Positions 9,375-18,416 of a stretch of DNA of 64,000 nucleotides are shown one piece after another. A program made the translations under genes and the position numbers. The stretch spans positions 124,001 to 188,000 of IMG/VR virus record IMGVR_UViG_3300029258_002750. One strand, written 5' to 3'. The stretch's first letter is position 1. Every line of letters begins with the position of its first letter. Under the pieces are notes generated by a model. The model saw only the letters and a program-made list of their open reading frames with translations, was not told where the DNA came from and searched no databases.

Positions 9375-9836
9375 TCAGGCGCCGTTGTCCAGCTTGGCCA
9401 AGGCGTCTTCGAGCCGGTGGACGCGGCGACGGACGCCGGGGATCCGGTTCTCGAAGGCGTAGTTGGTCCGGTTGTGCTTGGCCTTGTAGGCGTCGTTCTT
9501 CTTCTCCAGGTCGGCCAGCTTCGCGCGCTTCGCGGCCAGCTCGCGCTCGGCGCGCTCGCGGCTCTGCTCGGTCAGGGCGATCTCGCCCTTGGAGTTGGGG
9601 AAGGTCTCGAACGCGTAGGTCAGTCGCTCGACCGGCTCACCCGTCTTGGTGAAGCGGTTGTGGCGGCCGTTGAGCAGCGACAGGACGATGTAGCCCTTGG
9701 CGCAGCCGCGCCAGTCGATGCCCGACGTGATCGAGTTCGCGGCCCAGGCGGTCCGGTGCGCGCTCAGGTGGCGCGCGGCCTTCATGACTGCCTTGTAGGC
9801 GCCGCTCGTCTTGTCGTGCTTCGTGGTCTCGTTCAT
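9375..9836 (-). CDS. basic coiled-coil hypothetical protein
   Basis: ATG 9836 with AAGGAG; bipartite motif upstream. Confidence 0.75.
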   Translation of the reverse strand: MNETTKHDKTSGAYKAVMKAARHLSAHRTAWAANSITSGIDWRGCAKGYIVLSLLNGRHNRFTKTGEPVERLTYAFETFPNSKGEIALTEQSRERAERELAAKRAKLADLEKKNDAYKAKHNRTNYAFENRIPGVRRRVHRLEDALAKLDNGA

Positions 9837-9857
9837 CTGTGCGTTGCTCCTTCTGCT

Positions 9858-9888
9858 CCTCTCAACAATCTCGTTCTCGGTTCTCACA
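9858..9888 (-). promoter_or_regulatory. bipartite motif TGTGAGAAC-N11-TTGTTGAGAGG
   Basis: exact spacing shared by 5 copies. Confidence 0.7.
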
Positions 9889-9924
9889 GAGTTATTGTAA
9901 GTAGCGCTGACCGAGCGGTTTACG

Positions 9925-10197
9925 CTACACCCCTGCGGGGTGCGGCAGGGGACTGGTGTTCTCGGTCTTGACCTCGACGCCAGCGTGGCGGGCGACGTGG
10001 AGAGCGATCTCCTCCAAGGTCTTCCACTCGCGGTAGAGACGGGTGGAGTCGTCGTTGGTGGTGTTGTAGTGGCCGTAGACCTTGGCATCGGCGATCCGCT
10101 GCCACTCCATTCGGAGGCGACGGTGCGCGCGGCGCGCCTTCAGCGCGGCGTGCTCGGCGACGGCCTTCAGACTCGCGTTCGACCTCAGCTTGCTCAT
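9925..10197 (-). CDS. hypothetical protein
   Basis: AAGGAG RBS; bipartite motif upstream. Confidence 0.75.
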   Translation of the reverse strand: MSKLRSNASLKAVAEHAALKARRAHRRLRMEWQRIADAKVYGHYNTTNDDSTRLYREWKTLEEIALHVARHAGVEVKTENTSPLPHPAGV

Positions 10198-10214
10198 GGG
10201 GTTCTCCTTTCACC

Positions 10215-10245
10215 CCTCTCAACAACTCAAGCGTCGGTTCTCACA
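10215..10245 (-). promoter_or_regulatory. bipartite motif TGTGAGAAC-N11-TTGTTGAGAGG
   Basis: copy 2; also preceded by ACTTACA as in copy 1. Confidence 0.7.
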
Positions 10246-10263
10246 GGTATTCTGTAAGTGCAG

Positions 10264-10458
10264 TCAGCCGCCGCGCTTATCACATCCCCCGGTCTCGGGC
10301 TGGTAGGGAGGGCAGCCGCCGCAGGTGCAGTCGCGCTCCTGGGTGCAGTTGTCCTCGGGCACCGGGTAGTAGATGTTCGGGTAGGTCCGGGTGTCCGGCG
10401 CGGCCAGGAGTACGAGCGACGAAAAGACGACGACAAAGACGATCACGGTGTGTGTCAT
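10264..10458 (-). CDS. small exported Cys-rich protein
   Basis: hydrophobic N-terminus; CTQERDCTCGGC. Confidence 0.7.
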   Translation of the reverse strand: MTHTVIVFVVVFSSLVLLAAPDTRTYPNIYYPVPEDNCTQERDCTCGGCPPYQPETGGCDKRGG

Positions 10459-10464
10459 GCCTAC

Positions 10465-10500
10465 GTTCTACCCGGGAGTGTCGCCGACCCGGGGTAGAAC
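10465..10500. promoter_or_regulatory. divergent pair of GGGTAGAAC motifs
   Basis: minus copy 10465-10473 (N6-ATG), plus copy 10492-10500 (then AGGAGG). Confidence 0.75.
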
Positions 10501-10517
10501 TACCGCAGGAGGCAACA

Positions 10518-10880
10518 ATGAGAATCTGGGGTGAGAAGCCTGGTTTCTGGTTGTCAGGGCTCGTGATCGGCGCCTTCTTCGGGCTCGTGCTGCAAGGCTG
10601 TCCGCCCACGAGCGGACCCGCCAAGGGCACGCCCGCCGAGAAGATCAATGCGCTCTGGGAGTCGGTGCCGGTAGACACGATGCAGATGCATCCGGTTCGC
10701 CGGACTCCTACTCCCCACGGCTGGCTCGTCGTCAGCGGCAACGGTGGTTCGGTGAATTCGGTGACCTACGTTCCCGATCACGAGCACACCTGGCTCGCGG
10801 TGCCGAAGCCCAAGCCGACGCCGCCCACGGCGGCCGAGATCACCGCCGACGACTGGGGAGGAGCGAGTGATGGGCAGTAA
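10518..10880 (+). CDS. putative lipoprotein
   Basis: signal + LQG-C lipobox; AGGAGG RBS. Confidence 0.7.
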   Translation: MRIWGEKPGFWLSGLVIGAFFGLVLQGCPPTSGPAKGTPAEKINALWESVPVDTMQMHPVRRTPTPHGWLVVSGNGGSVNSVTYVPDHEHTWLAVPKPKPTPPTAAEITADDWGGASDGQ

Positions 10881-11103
10881 GCGGTCGGTCCGGGAGAAGG
10901 CGCTGAAGCCGATCTACACCGACCTCTGCCTGGAGGGCTACGGTCAGTGTGAGTTCCTACACGGCCTCGAAGACGCCTTCGACGAGCCGGGCGACTTCGA
11001 GATCGAGCACAGCGACGAGATGCTGATCCTGACCACGAAGAGCGGCACGCAGATTCGCGCGTTCGCGCGCGAGATCATCTACCTGAACCAGGAGCCCGTG
11101 TGA
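10870..11103 (+). CDS. hypothetical protein
   Basis: operon ORF. Confidence 0.7.
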   Translation: MGSKRSVREKALKPIYTDLCLEGYGQCEFLHGLEDAFDEPGDFEIEHSDEMLILTTKSGTQIRAFAREIIYLNQEPV

Positions 11104-11564
11104 CCGACAGGCCGAGCGACGCGTCCGACCTTCTCCGTGACCTGTGCGAGGACCAGCGGAAGGAGATCAAGCGACTCCGCCAGGAGATCGAGGAGTTCCA
11201 GGCCAGCGCTGACCTCCGATGGGACGCGGACATGCGCGCGATCAAGCGCTGGCAGGAGGCGACCGGCGCAACCGACACCTGGCCGGACCACGCCGACCTG
11301 TGCGTCTGGCTGCTGGAGCAGCTGGACACGCACAAGAAGGAGCAGGCGCGGGAGCTGCACGATCGCCTGAGCAAGCTGCGCTTCATGGCGCACGACGAGC
11401 ACTGCGAGATCTACGCGAAGATCATCAGCGATGCCCAGCATCGCCTCGACAACTGGGACCACGAGCCGACGCAGAAGGCCAAGATCGTTCCCGGGTGGTG
11501 GAAGCTGCCGCGCGATCCACAAGGCACGCCGCAGTGCCGCGCGTGCGGCACGTGGCTGGCATGA
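11100..11564 (+). CDS. coiled-coil protein with terminal Zn ribbon
   Basis: coupled; CRACGTW. Confidence 0.75.
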   Translation: MTDRPSDASDLLRDLCEDQRKEIKRLRQEIEEFQASADLRWDADMRAIKRWQEATGATDTWPDHADLCVWLLEQLDTHKKEQARELHDRLSKLRFMAHDEHCEIYAKIISDAQHRLDNWDHEPTQKAKIVPGWWKLPRDPQGTPQCRACGTWLA

Positions 11565-11896
11565 GCGAGCAGCCGAACTACGAACTGCTCTCCATGCTCT
11601 GTGAAGCGCCAGACAGTCAGATGGGCGAGACGCTCGTGGACATGCTCCGCAAGCTGCTTCCGTCGGCCGTCGAGCAGCTCGGCCGCGTGGCCGATCCCGA
11701 CGAAGACGAGGTGGCGCGCGTTCGTCGCGGACTTCACGAAGCGCTGGACCTCGCTGCCTACAGCTCGCTCGCATCTGGGTTCGTGATGCAGGTACTCGAC
11801 ATGGAGTGGAGACGGCTGGGCGGTTCGCCGGACGACCCGGCGCCGTGGCGCGAAGGACCGCCGTGGAATTGGGTCCAAGACGGAACGGAAGCCTGA
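11561..11896 (+). CDS. hypothetical protein with internal C-tag
   Basis: SAVEQLGRV. Confidence 0.7.
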   Translation: MSEQPNYELLSMLCEAPDSQMGETLVDMLRKLLPSAVEQLGRVADPDEDEVARVRRGLHEALDLAAYSSLASGFVMQVLDMEWRRLGGSPDDPAPWREGPPWNWVQDGTEA

Positions 11897-12174
11897 TGGA
11901 GGATCTTGAGGACCCTACCTGCGACGAGTGCGGGCGACCGACCCTGCCCGAGGACGGCATCGCCGTCCCCGGCGCAGGCGCCGATGGCGAGCCGGGCTAC
12001 TACTGCCGGTCCTGCGCAACCGAAGACGAAATCAAGGAGGACGAGCGTGAGAGATCGATACGGAAAGCGCTACGGAAGCCTGATGGACAACTGGCCCAGC
12101 CGATCGAGGGGCGAGTTGCAGCGGGAGGCGGCGGCGGAGCGGAAGAGGAAGGAGGCCAAGAAGAAGCGCCGTGA
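11896..12174 (+). CDS. Zn-finger hypothetical protein
   Basis: CDEC...CRSC; TGATG coupled. Confidence 0.6.
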   Translation: MEDLEDPTCDECGRPTLPEDGIAVPGAGADGEPGYYCRSCATEDEIKEDERERSIRKALRKPDGQLAQPIEGRVAAGGGGGAEEEGGQEEAP

Positions 12175-12310
12175 GAAGCAGCCGCTCATGGTCCGCGTGC
12201 GGGGCCTGGTCTGGTGCCGGGTCTGCGGCAAGGTGCACGAGCGGCGCTCGCAGATGGCCGAGTGCACGCGGTCGGAGTGGTACGCGCTGTGGAGGGAGAA
12301 GATCAGGTAG
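12083..12310 (+). CDS. basic Zn-finger protein
   Basis: WCRVCGKVH...C. Confidence 0.6.
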   Translation: MDNWPSRSRGELQREAAAERKRKEAKKKRREKQPLMVRVRGLVWCRVCGKVHERRSQMAECTRSEWYALWREKIR

Positions 12311-12592
12311 ATGGCCAGCAAGAACACAAGGGAGCTGGCCCTGATCATGCTGGAAGGGGAGCGGCTCACCGGCGGGGTAACCGTGGAGATGCTGCGGCAA
12401 CGCGCCCAGGTCTCGGACAGGGTGGCGCACCGGATCCTCGGCGACCTGTTCAAGAAGGGACAGGCCGCGCGAACGAAGCGGTGGTGCGCACGGGCCGGTC
12501 GGAACGTGTGGCACTACTACGATCCGAAGACGGGCGGCGGTGCCGAACAGCCGAAGCATCGGACACGGGCCGCGCGGAGGGCCGGTGGCTAG
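12311..12592 (+). CDS. putative winged-HTH protein
   Basis: VTVEMLRQRAQVSDRVAHRILGDLFKKG pattern. Confidence 0.55.
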   Translation: MASKNTRELALIMLEGERLTGGVTVEMLRQRAQVSDRVAHRILGDLFKKGQAARTKRWCARAGRNVWHYYDPKTGGGAEQPKHRTRAARRAGG

Positions 12593-12905
12593 CCAGCTGA
12601 CCGTTGCGCAACGGCTCGTGCTCGAGGCCGATCGGGAGCGCGGCCTGGAGGACGGTCCGCTCGACGAGCCTGCCCAGGAGGGTGAGTTCGACCGGCGGAC
12701 GCGCGCGCAGATGGTTGAGGCTCTCGCCACGTCGATCATCCGAAACGCGCGGGACATGCGGCCCTACCACAAGGAGGAGGCGGCCCTGCGGCGGGTGCTC
12801 GGTCACCCGGACTCGGCCGTCGATGAGCTGGCCGCGCTCTGGAAGGAGCCGACCATGCTGCACGGTCTGCGCGAGGCCCTCGACGAGCTGAGAAAGGAGG
12901 CGTGA
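12585..12905 (+). CDS. hypothetical protein with C-tag
   Basis: SAVDELAAL. Confidence 0.7.
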   Translation: MASQLTVAQRLVLEADRERGLEDGPLDEPAQEGEFDRRTRAQMVEALATSIIRNARDMRPYHKEEAALRRVLGHPDSAVDELAALWKEPTMLHGLREALDELRKEA

Positions 12906-13300
12906 TGGATCCGCTGGTGGACCTGCCGCGCGATCAGCAGGCGCGCCTTCGAGAGCTGAAGAAGCAGCGCGACAAGATCGACGAGGAGATCCTCGTGGTG
13001 CAAGCACGAGGCGATACCTGGTACCCACGACCACTATGCGACCTACTGCCGCCACTGCGGCCACATGATGGACTCGTGGCTCTGAGGTGGGAGCGGCTGG
13101 CTTGTGGCGCTCTGCGGTTCCACGGCAGGAAAGCCATGACGGAGATCGTCGAGCTGCTGCATGGGGATGACGACTACACCACGTCGATCCCAACCGGCTG
13201 GCCCGCGCCCTTCTGGATTGACGTCTACCCGAAGAACATCGAGGCCCAGAACGAACTACTCCGGCTGGTCGAGGAAGACGAGGGTAGAACGACAGCATGA
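12902..13300 (+). CDS. hypothetical protein
   Basis: coupled ORF. Confidence 0.7.
   Translation: MMDPLVDLPRDQQARLRELKKQRDKIDEEILVVQARGDTWYPRPLCDLLPPLRPHDGLVALRWERLACGALRFHGRKAMTEIVELLHGDDDYTTSIPTGWPAPFWIDVYPKNIEAQNELLRLVEEDEGRTTA
13282..13290 (+). promoter_or_regulatory. GGGTAGAAC putative promoter, leaderless
   Basis: 6 nt before ATG 13297. Confidence 0.75.
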
Positions 13301-13800
13301 AGATCAAGATCAGCTACGAGCGAGCGCGAACAGGTTTCCCCGAGGCGGTGAAGGAGGCTGTTGCCAAGCTACGCAAGGGCAGGAGCAAGCATCGCAACGC
13401 GGCCCCCGCCGACCTCCGGTGGAGCCTCTCGTGGGGTGTTCGTATCGAAGGCGGCGCGTTCTCGTTCAAGGATCTGCTGGACGGCACGGCGCGGGCCAGA
13501 GCGGCGGCCCGCCGCGCGATGACGGTTGAGGAGCGCATTGCCGACGAAGTGCGCCGGGTCTTCGCATCCGTCGAGGCGGCCATACCCACCGGGCACTGCT
13601 ACTACGGCGGCGCGCCTCTCACTCCCGTTCCCGACGAGATCGTTCGGTACATCACCGAACGCAAGACCGAGATCTACCGGGAGGAGCAGCGGGAGGAGCG
13701 GCGGGTCGCGGCGATGAGCGACGAGGAGCGCGCGGCCGAGGCCGAACAGTTGCTCAACAAGCTGCGCGGTACGCCCGGGTTCGTGGAGGTGAACCTGTGA
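13297..13800 (+). CDS. hypothetical protein
   Basis: leaderless start. Confidence 0.75.
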   Translation: MKIKISYERARTGFPEAVKEAVAKLRKGRSKHRNAAPADLRWSLSWGVRIEGGAFSFKDLLDGTARARAAARRAMTVEERIADEVRRVFASVEAAIPTGHCYYGGAPLTPVPDEIVRYITERKTEIYREEQREERRVAAMSDEERAAEAEQLLNKLRGTPGFVEVNL

Positions 13801-14063
13801 GTCTGCCGAAAGCCGTCGAGGAGCTGACCGATCGAGTTGGGGGACAGGAGGCGGCCCGGCTGCTGCGCGAGATCGCCGGGACGCTGGATGGGCTGCCGCC
13901 GCCGCCCGAGCCCGAGATCATCATCGCCTGCCTGCACTGCGGCTGCCGGTCGTTCGACTCCAACCTCATGCCGATCACTCACCTGAACGCGATCGTGGGG
14001 TACGTGTCTCGCGGCGTGCACTGCGCGAGGTGCGGCAAGCCGCTCGATTTGAGGCCCAGCTGA
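13797..14063 (+). CDS. Zn-ribbon protein
   Basis: CLHC...CARC. Confidence 0.75.
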   Translation: MSLPKAVEELTDRVGGQEAARLLREIAGTLDGLPPPPEPEIIIACLHCGCRSFDSNLMPITHLNAIVGYVSRGVHCARCGKPLDLRPS

Positions 14064-14299
14064 TGGACGGGGACCTCGGACTCCCACTGCGGCGGTGCAA
14101 GGCTGGCCGGTGTTGCGCTCACGCCGATCCCAGGTGGGTCAAGGAGGCGACGATCCGCCGCGCCGAAGACGGCTGGGAGATCGAGACGGTCGATGGTCAG
14201 GTGCTCACCGTGGGCCAGCTGACGTTCGAGGAAGATCCGAGACGTGAGCAGTTCGAGAAGCAGGCTCGCGCCGACATCCGAGCGATCTGGGGGCGATGA
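14063..14299 (+). CDS. hypothetical protein
   Basis: TGATG coupled. Confidence 0.65.
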   Translation: MDGDLGLPLRRCKAGRCCAHADPRWVKEATIRRAEDGWEIETVDGQVLTVGQLTFEEDPRREQFEKQARADIRAIWGR

Positions 14300-15129
14300 T
14301 GGCCGACTACGAGCGAGAGGACTGGATGCTTGAGGCGCTGAGGTGGGCATCCGCGTACGGATGGACGTGGGTCAGCGCTGACGAGGAGTTCGTGTTCGCC
14401 GACCGGCCCGAGCATCTGAAGGTCATCAAGAACCCGAACTCCGAGGCCAAAGGCGGCTGGTGTCCGTGGTTCTCCCCAATCGGTGCGGTCCAGATGGAGG
14501 CGCCGTTCGGACATCCGATCGCCGCGCTCAAGGCGGCGACCAAGGTCTATGAGATGTTCGTCGGCGAGGATGAGATCGCGCGGCTTGAGAAGGAGAAGGA
14601 GGAGGCAGTCGCGGTGGCGCATCTCCGAGATCGGATCGAGAAGATCAAGAGCCCGCCGCAGGCACCGGCGCCGATGATCGGACTGAACGAGCCGGTCACC
14701 GCCCACGTGCTCATCCAGCGCGTCCAGTGCGAGCGGTGCGGGCTGGCCTTTGACTCACCGGCCAGCAACGCCGGGAGGGTCGCGCTCTGCGGCGGCTGCG
14801 GGATCATGATCCGCTTCCCCGAGATCAACCAGACTGAGCCGTTCCGCGCCCCGTCCAAGGTGGCCAGTTTCCTCCACTGCCCCAGCTGCGGTGTCGCTGT
14901 TCCGTCGTGCAGGAGGGGGAAGCTGTGCCTCAAGTGCGAGGTAGATGGTGTCGACGAGAAGGAGTCGCCGGACGAACGACCGCTCGCGGCCCGCGTCGAG
15001 ATGCTGGAGAAGCGTCTGGACTGTATGCCCTGCCCCTCGAAGGGACCTGGCGGGCGCCCCTGCACCAAACCGTTCGGCCACCAGGCTGATGGCAACCTCG
15101 CGCACACGAACGGAGACTTCGGCTGGTGA
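14296..15129 (+). CDS. multi-Zn-finger hypothetical protein
   Basis: CERC, CGGC, CPSC, CLKC, C..C...H..H. Confidence 0.75.
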   Translation: MMADYEREDWMLEALRWASAYGWTWVSADEEFVFADRPEHLKVIKNPNSEAKGGWCPWFSPIGAVQMEAPFGHPIAALKAATKVYEMFVGEDEIARLEKEKEEAVAVAHLRDRIEKIKSPPQAPAPMIGLNEPVTAHVLIQRVQCERCGLAFDSPASNAGRVALCGGCGIMIRFPEINQTEPFRAPSKVASFLHCPSCGVAVPSCRRGKLCLKCEVDGVDEKESPDERPLAARVEMLEKRLDCMPCPSKGPGGRPCTKPFGHQADGNLAHTNGDFGW

Positions 15130-15338
15130 GCGGCGTCAACCGCGTCAAGCTGCTGTGTCCGGTCTGCGGGAAGACTCCGGTGTCCCGCGACTACCCGAGC
15201 GGCCTGCCGACTCTGGCGGACTTCATCTGCGAGGCGTGCGTCAAGGACGGCAAGACCAAGAAGGACATCCCGTCGCCGTCTCCCGAGGAGCAGGAGATGA
15301 TCGACTGGCTGATGGGAACCGTGGAGGAGCAGCGATGA
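15126..15338 (+). CDS. Zn-ribbon protein
   Basis: CPVC...CEAC. Confidence 0.7.
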   Translation: MSGVNRVKLLCPVCGKTPVSRDYPSGLPTLADFICEACVKDGKTKKDIPSPSPEEQEMIDWLMGTVEEQR

Positions 15339-15949
15339 CGACCGCAGGGTTCGTGCCTTTCTATCCGGTCGGCGACCCGGACAACGACTGGCGGATCGAC
15401 GAGGACGATTTCTACCGCTTCGTGGATGCGGCCTTCGACGAGTGGTACGACTCCGCGTTGGCCGACAGCCACCTCGGTGCGCGTATGCCATACGAGCTGA
15501 CGGCCCGGGAGCCCGAAGCCCGGCCAGTCAGCTGGCCCGACGATCGGACATCCCTGGGACGCCGCGAGTGGAGACGGCCGGTCCACCCCGAGGTGGCGGC
15601 CGAGGCCGAGCGACTCGACCAGATGCACCGGCCGAGCAAGGAGGATGTCGAGGACGTGCTGTTCAGCCCGAGCCCCCTGGCCTGCTACCGGCAAGGCTTC
15701 TCCACCGGGGCCGTGCGGGAGAAGGCCCGCGCCAACGAGGAGTGGAAGGAGCGGCTGGACCGCGACAAGGACGGCGGGTGGGCGGTCGGCTGCCTCCACC
15801 GGGCGATCCGCGCGCGCGGCGCGGACTACGCGCGAGCCCTACTGGAGCGGGCGATCGAGGATGTGACCCGTCAGGACGAGGCCGCAGAACCTCCGCCGCA
15901 GCTCCAGCTCGGCCGGTCCCGCCGCCTGCGCGGTCAGCTCGGACAGTAG
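15335..15949 (+). CDS. hypothetical protein
   Basis: ATG 15335 coupled. Confidence 0.7.
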   Translation: MTTAGFVPFYPVGDPDNDWRIDEDDFYRFVDAAFDEWYDSALADSHLGARMPYELTAREPEARPVSWPDDRTSLGRREWRRPVHPEVAAEAERLDQMHRPSKEDVEDVLFSPSPLACYRQGFSTGAVREKARANEEWKERLDRDKDGGWAVGCLHRAIRARGADYARALLERAIEDVTRQDEAAEPPPQLQLGRSRRLRGQLGQ

Positions 15950-15950
15950 C

Positions 15951-16184
15951 ATGGCCAACGAGAACCTGGTCGATGTCCTGTCTGCGGACTGCCCGACCTG
16001 CGGCGCCTACGCAGGCCAGGTCTGTACCGAGATGGAAGGCGAGAAGGGCTGCTGCCAGAACGTGCCCCAGGGCGTGGTCGAGCACTTCCCTTCCGAGGTG
16101 CATCGGGAGCGGTTCCTCGCGGTCGTGCGCGCGATCTCTGTGGTGGATCGGCTGGCGGCTGTTCCGACCGAGGTGATCGAGTGA
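15951..16184 (+). CDS. Zn-finger protein with C-tag
   Basis: CPTCGA..GQVC...H.ER; SVVDRLAAV. Confidence 0.75.
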   Translation: MANENLVDVLSADCPTCGAYAGQVCTEMEGEKGCCQNVPQGVVEHFPSEVHRERFLAVVRAISVVDRLAAVPTEVIE

Positions 16185-16342
16185 ATGCTGGCGAGCCGTT
16201 CCAGGCCAATGACCAGTTCGAGTTGTGGTGGCGAGCCTACTACGGGCGGCCAGAGGACTACGCTGATCCAGAGGAGTTCTGGGTGCGGAAGTACTTCGCC
16301 TGGGCCGGTTGGCAGGCTGGTCTCGGCGGCGTTCTGACCTGA
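16181..16342 (+). CDS. 53-aa Trp-rich hypothetical protein
   Basis: GTG 16181 and TGA 16342 both coupled; below ORF-track cutoff. Confidence 0.6.
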   Translation: MNAGEPFQANDQFELWWRAYYGRPEDYADPEEFWVRKYFAWAGWQAGLGGVLT

Positions 16343-16614
16343 TGGCTGCGCCCAGCGAGCTTCTCGCGGCGCGTGTCCAGAAGATCGACCCTCGGATGAA
16401 GTGCCGCTGCTGCCTCCGGTGGATGCGCTACAAGCCGACCGAGAAGACGCCAGCCCAACGACGACTCCCGCCGAGCGCGAATGTCTGTACAGACTGCCGA
16501 CCAGCTGATGGCGCGCCGGTTCGGCCGGACTTCATGTCGCTGTCGGTTCCGCTCTGCGCCCGGCGTCGGTGCCCCGACGCGGTGGAGCGGCTGGGGAACC
16601 TGGTGAGGCCGTGA
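16342..16614 (+). CDS. Cys-rich paralog family member with C-tag
   Basis: CRCC..W...CTDC.P...CARRRC; DAVERLGNL. Confidence 0.8.
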   Translation: MAAPSELLAARVQKIDPRMKCRCCLRWMRYKPTEKTPAQRRLPPSANVCTDCRPADGAPVRPDFMSLSVPLCARRRCPDAVERLGNLVRP

Positions 16615-16859
16615 AGTCATGGGATGAGCTTGGCCTCGGCCCGCGCGGCCGGATGCGGTGTGTCTGCTGCCGCCAGTGGATGAGCCACGAGCCGACTGAG
16701 GAGGAGCCTGTTCGCAGGCGGCCTGGCCCCAACGCCTCGGTCTGCATGGGCTGCAAGCCCGTCGGCTGGACCGAGCCCTACCCGAGAGAGAACGAGACCA
16801 ACTGCGCCAGGCGCGGCTGTCCGAGCGCGGTGGAACGCCTGGGGGACCTCGTGCGATGA
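16611..16859 (+). CDS. Cys-rich paralog family member with C-tag
   Basis: CVCC..W...CMGC.P...CARRGC; SAVERLGDL. Confidence 0.8.
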   Translation: MKSWDELGLGPRGRMRCVCCRQWMSHEPTEEEPVRRRPGPNASVCMGCKPVGWTEPYPRENETNCARRGCPSAVERLGDLVR

Positions 16860-17071
16860 ACTGGATGGCTGACTACGAGGTGGGCGACGTCTTCCGGTGG
16901 TGCCGAGAGCGAGACGACCTCTGCCGGATCACGCACATCCGCGACGACGAGATCAACTTCGTCCACATCACCGGCCCGCACAAGGGGATGCCCGGCTACA
17001 CGCTGCCGCCACAGGATGTGGAGTTGGTATCGGCCGTCGAACTGCTCGGACTACTGGCGAAGCCCGGGTAG
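16856..17071 (+). CDS. SH3/KOW-like protein with C-tag
   Basis: YEVGDVFRW; SAVELLGLL. Confidence 0.8.
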   Translation: MNWMADYEVGDVFRWCRERDDLCRITHIRDDEINFVHITGPHKGMPGYTLPPQDVELVSAVELLGLLAKPG

Positions 17072-17074
17072 AAC
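17066..17074 (+). promoter_or_regulatory. GGGTAGAAC putative promoter, leaderless
   Basis: 6 nt before ATG 17081 of a 9-aa mini-ORF. Confidence 0.7.
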
Positions 17075-17106
17075 GTTGGTATGAGCGACCAACCGATGTG
17101 CGGGCG

Positions 17107-17361
17107 ATGACACCATCGCCAGGAGAGCAGCTCTGGGTCCGTCTTCCCGAGTGGGAGATGGGGAGGGATTCGCTCGACCTCATGGGCTACACCTGGTGGC
17201 GCGCGACCTACCAGGGAACGGTGACGACCGGCGCCGACTGCGAGCTGTGGGACGTCGAGCTGCACGCGCCTGATGGGAAGGCCCGGCCGCGACAGCACGT
17301 ACACCCCGAGGACACGCTCCCCATCTCGGCGATCGACCTCCTGGCGGAGCTGTCCCCATGA
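17107..17361 (+). CDS. SH3-like protein with C-tag
   Basis: PSPGEQLWVR; SAIDLLAEL. Confidence 0.75.
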   Translation: MTPSPGEQLWVRLPEWEMGRDSLDLMGYTWWRATYQGTVTTGADCELWDVELHAPDGKARPRQHVHPEDTLPISAIDLLAELSP

Positions 17362-17561
17362 GCGGCTGCAACCACCTGCCCATGCTCTCGGAGCCCACGC
17401 TCACGCTCTACTGCGCGAAGTGCGGCGCGTGGCTACGCCAGGTCAGCGCTGACCAGCTGACGGTCGTTCCTCGAGCTGAGGCCACGCGAGGTATCCACGT
17501 CTGCGAGAAGTGCGGCCACGAATGGATCGGCGACTCCGAGTACTGCGAGGAGTGCGGGTGA
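17358..17561 (+). CDS. Zn-ribbon protein
   Basis: CAKC...CEKC. Confidence 0.7.
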   Translation: MSGCNHLPMLSEPTLTLYCAKCGAWLRQVSADQLTVVPRAEATRGIHVCEKCGHEWIGDSEYCEECG

Positions 17562-17785
17562 GGCGCGGCGATCCGGTCCTGATCATGGTGCCGAAGCACG
17601 AGCCCGAGGAGTGGGCGCGCGGCATCTTCGTCGGGGACACGCCCTACCGCACGCCGGGCGGTGGGCGCGGCGAGCGGCTGTACCACGTCACGCGGGAAGG
17701 CGAGGGCTGCTACCTGACCGCGTCCGAGTTCCGGCTGCTATCGGCAGTAGAGCGGCTCGCCGAGCTGGTCGAGGGGGGCAGATGA
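17558..17785 (+). CDS. SH3/KOW-like protein with C-tag
   Basis: RRGDPVLI; SAVERLAEL. Confidence 0.8.
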   Translation: MRRGDPVLIMVPKHEPEEWARGIFVGDTPYRTPGGGRGERLYHVTREGEGCYLTASEFRLLSAVERLAELVEGGR

Positions 17786-18042
17786 ACATCAACAGTGCAT
17801 TGCGCCTGAGCCGTAACAGGTCCGCCGTCCGGCGGCCCAATAACCAGTGGGAGCCGAGCCGGGTCGAGCTGCACGAGGACAAGGACACGCTCGCCTGGTA
17901 CCTCCGATGGCGGCGACAGTGCTGGAACCGGCTGGGCGAGCGCATCTCCCACCATCTGGCCAGCGATCACGATGACTGGGAGCCCGATCGACCGAAGTCG
18001 GCGGTCGATGCGCTTGGAGAGTTGTCCCGTCGGCCTGGGTAG
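17782..18042 (+). CDS. DUF2829-like-outline protein with C-tag
   Basis: MNINSALRLSRNRSAVRR...DDWEP; SAVDALGEL. Confidence 0.75.
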   Translation: MNINSALRLSRNRSAVRRPNNQWEPSRVELHEDKDTLAWYLRWRRQCWNRLGERISHHLASDHDDWEPDRPKSAVDALGELSRRPG

Positions 18043-18045
18043 AAC
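18037..18045 (+). promoter_or_regulatory. GGGTAGAAC putative promoter
   Basis: TAG is upstream stop; followed by AGGAGG and ATG 18066. Confidence 0.7.
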
Positions 18046-18065
18046 GAAGGACAGGAGGACGTTCC

Positions 18066-18416
18066 ATGCAGGACCCGATGGAAGTCGGCGACGGCAAGTA
18101 CACCTACTACCTCGACGATGACGACGGCCTGCTGAACTGCGACCGGCACGGCGAGCCCTGGCCAGCCTTCCGTGAGACCGGAAGCCACCACGAGGGCTGC
18201 ACGCTGGCGCTCTACCAGGCGCTCGTCGAGGCCCGCGCCGAGAACGACAAGCTGCGCCACCAATTGCTCGTGGCCAAGGTCGAGTGGGACCGTACCATCA
18301 CGCGGCTGAACAGTGCGGTCAACGCGGCCGAGAACGCGGCGACCGTCATTCGCGGCTACTACGAGCGCACGCTCAACGACAGGGAGCGGGAGCGAGGATC
18401 GGACGAGATCTGGTGA
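18066..18416 (+). CDS. hypothetical protein with coiled coil
   Basis: AGGAGG RBS. Confidence 0.75.
   Translation: MQDPMEVGDGKYTYYLDDDDGLLNCDRHGEPWPAFRETGSHHEGCTLALYQALVEARAENDKLRHQLLVAKVEWDRTITRLNSAVNAAENAATVIRGYYERTLNDRERERGSDEIW

Noticed and set aside
11886-12087. 15-bp direct repeat CGGAAGCCTGATGGA at two gene starts
   Set aside because: Only two copies, plausibly a local duplication of a start junction, with no further support.
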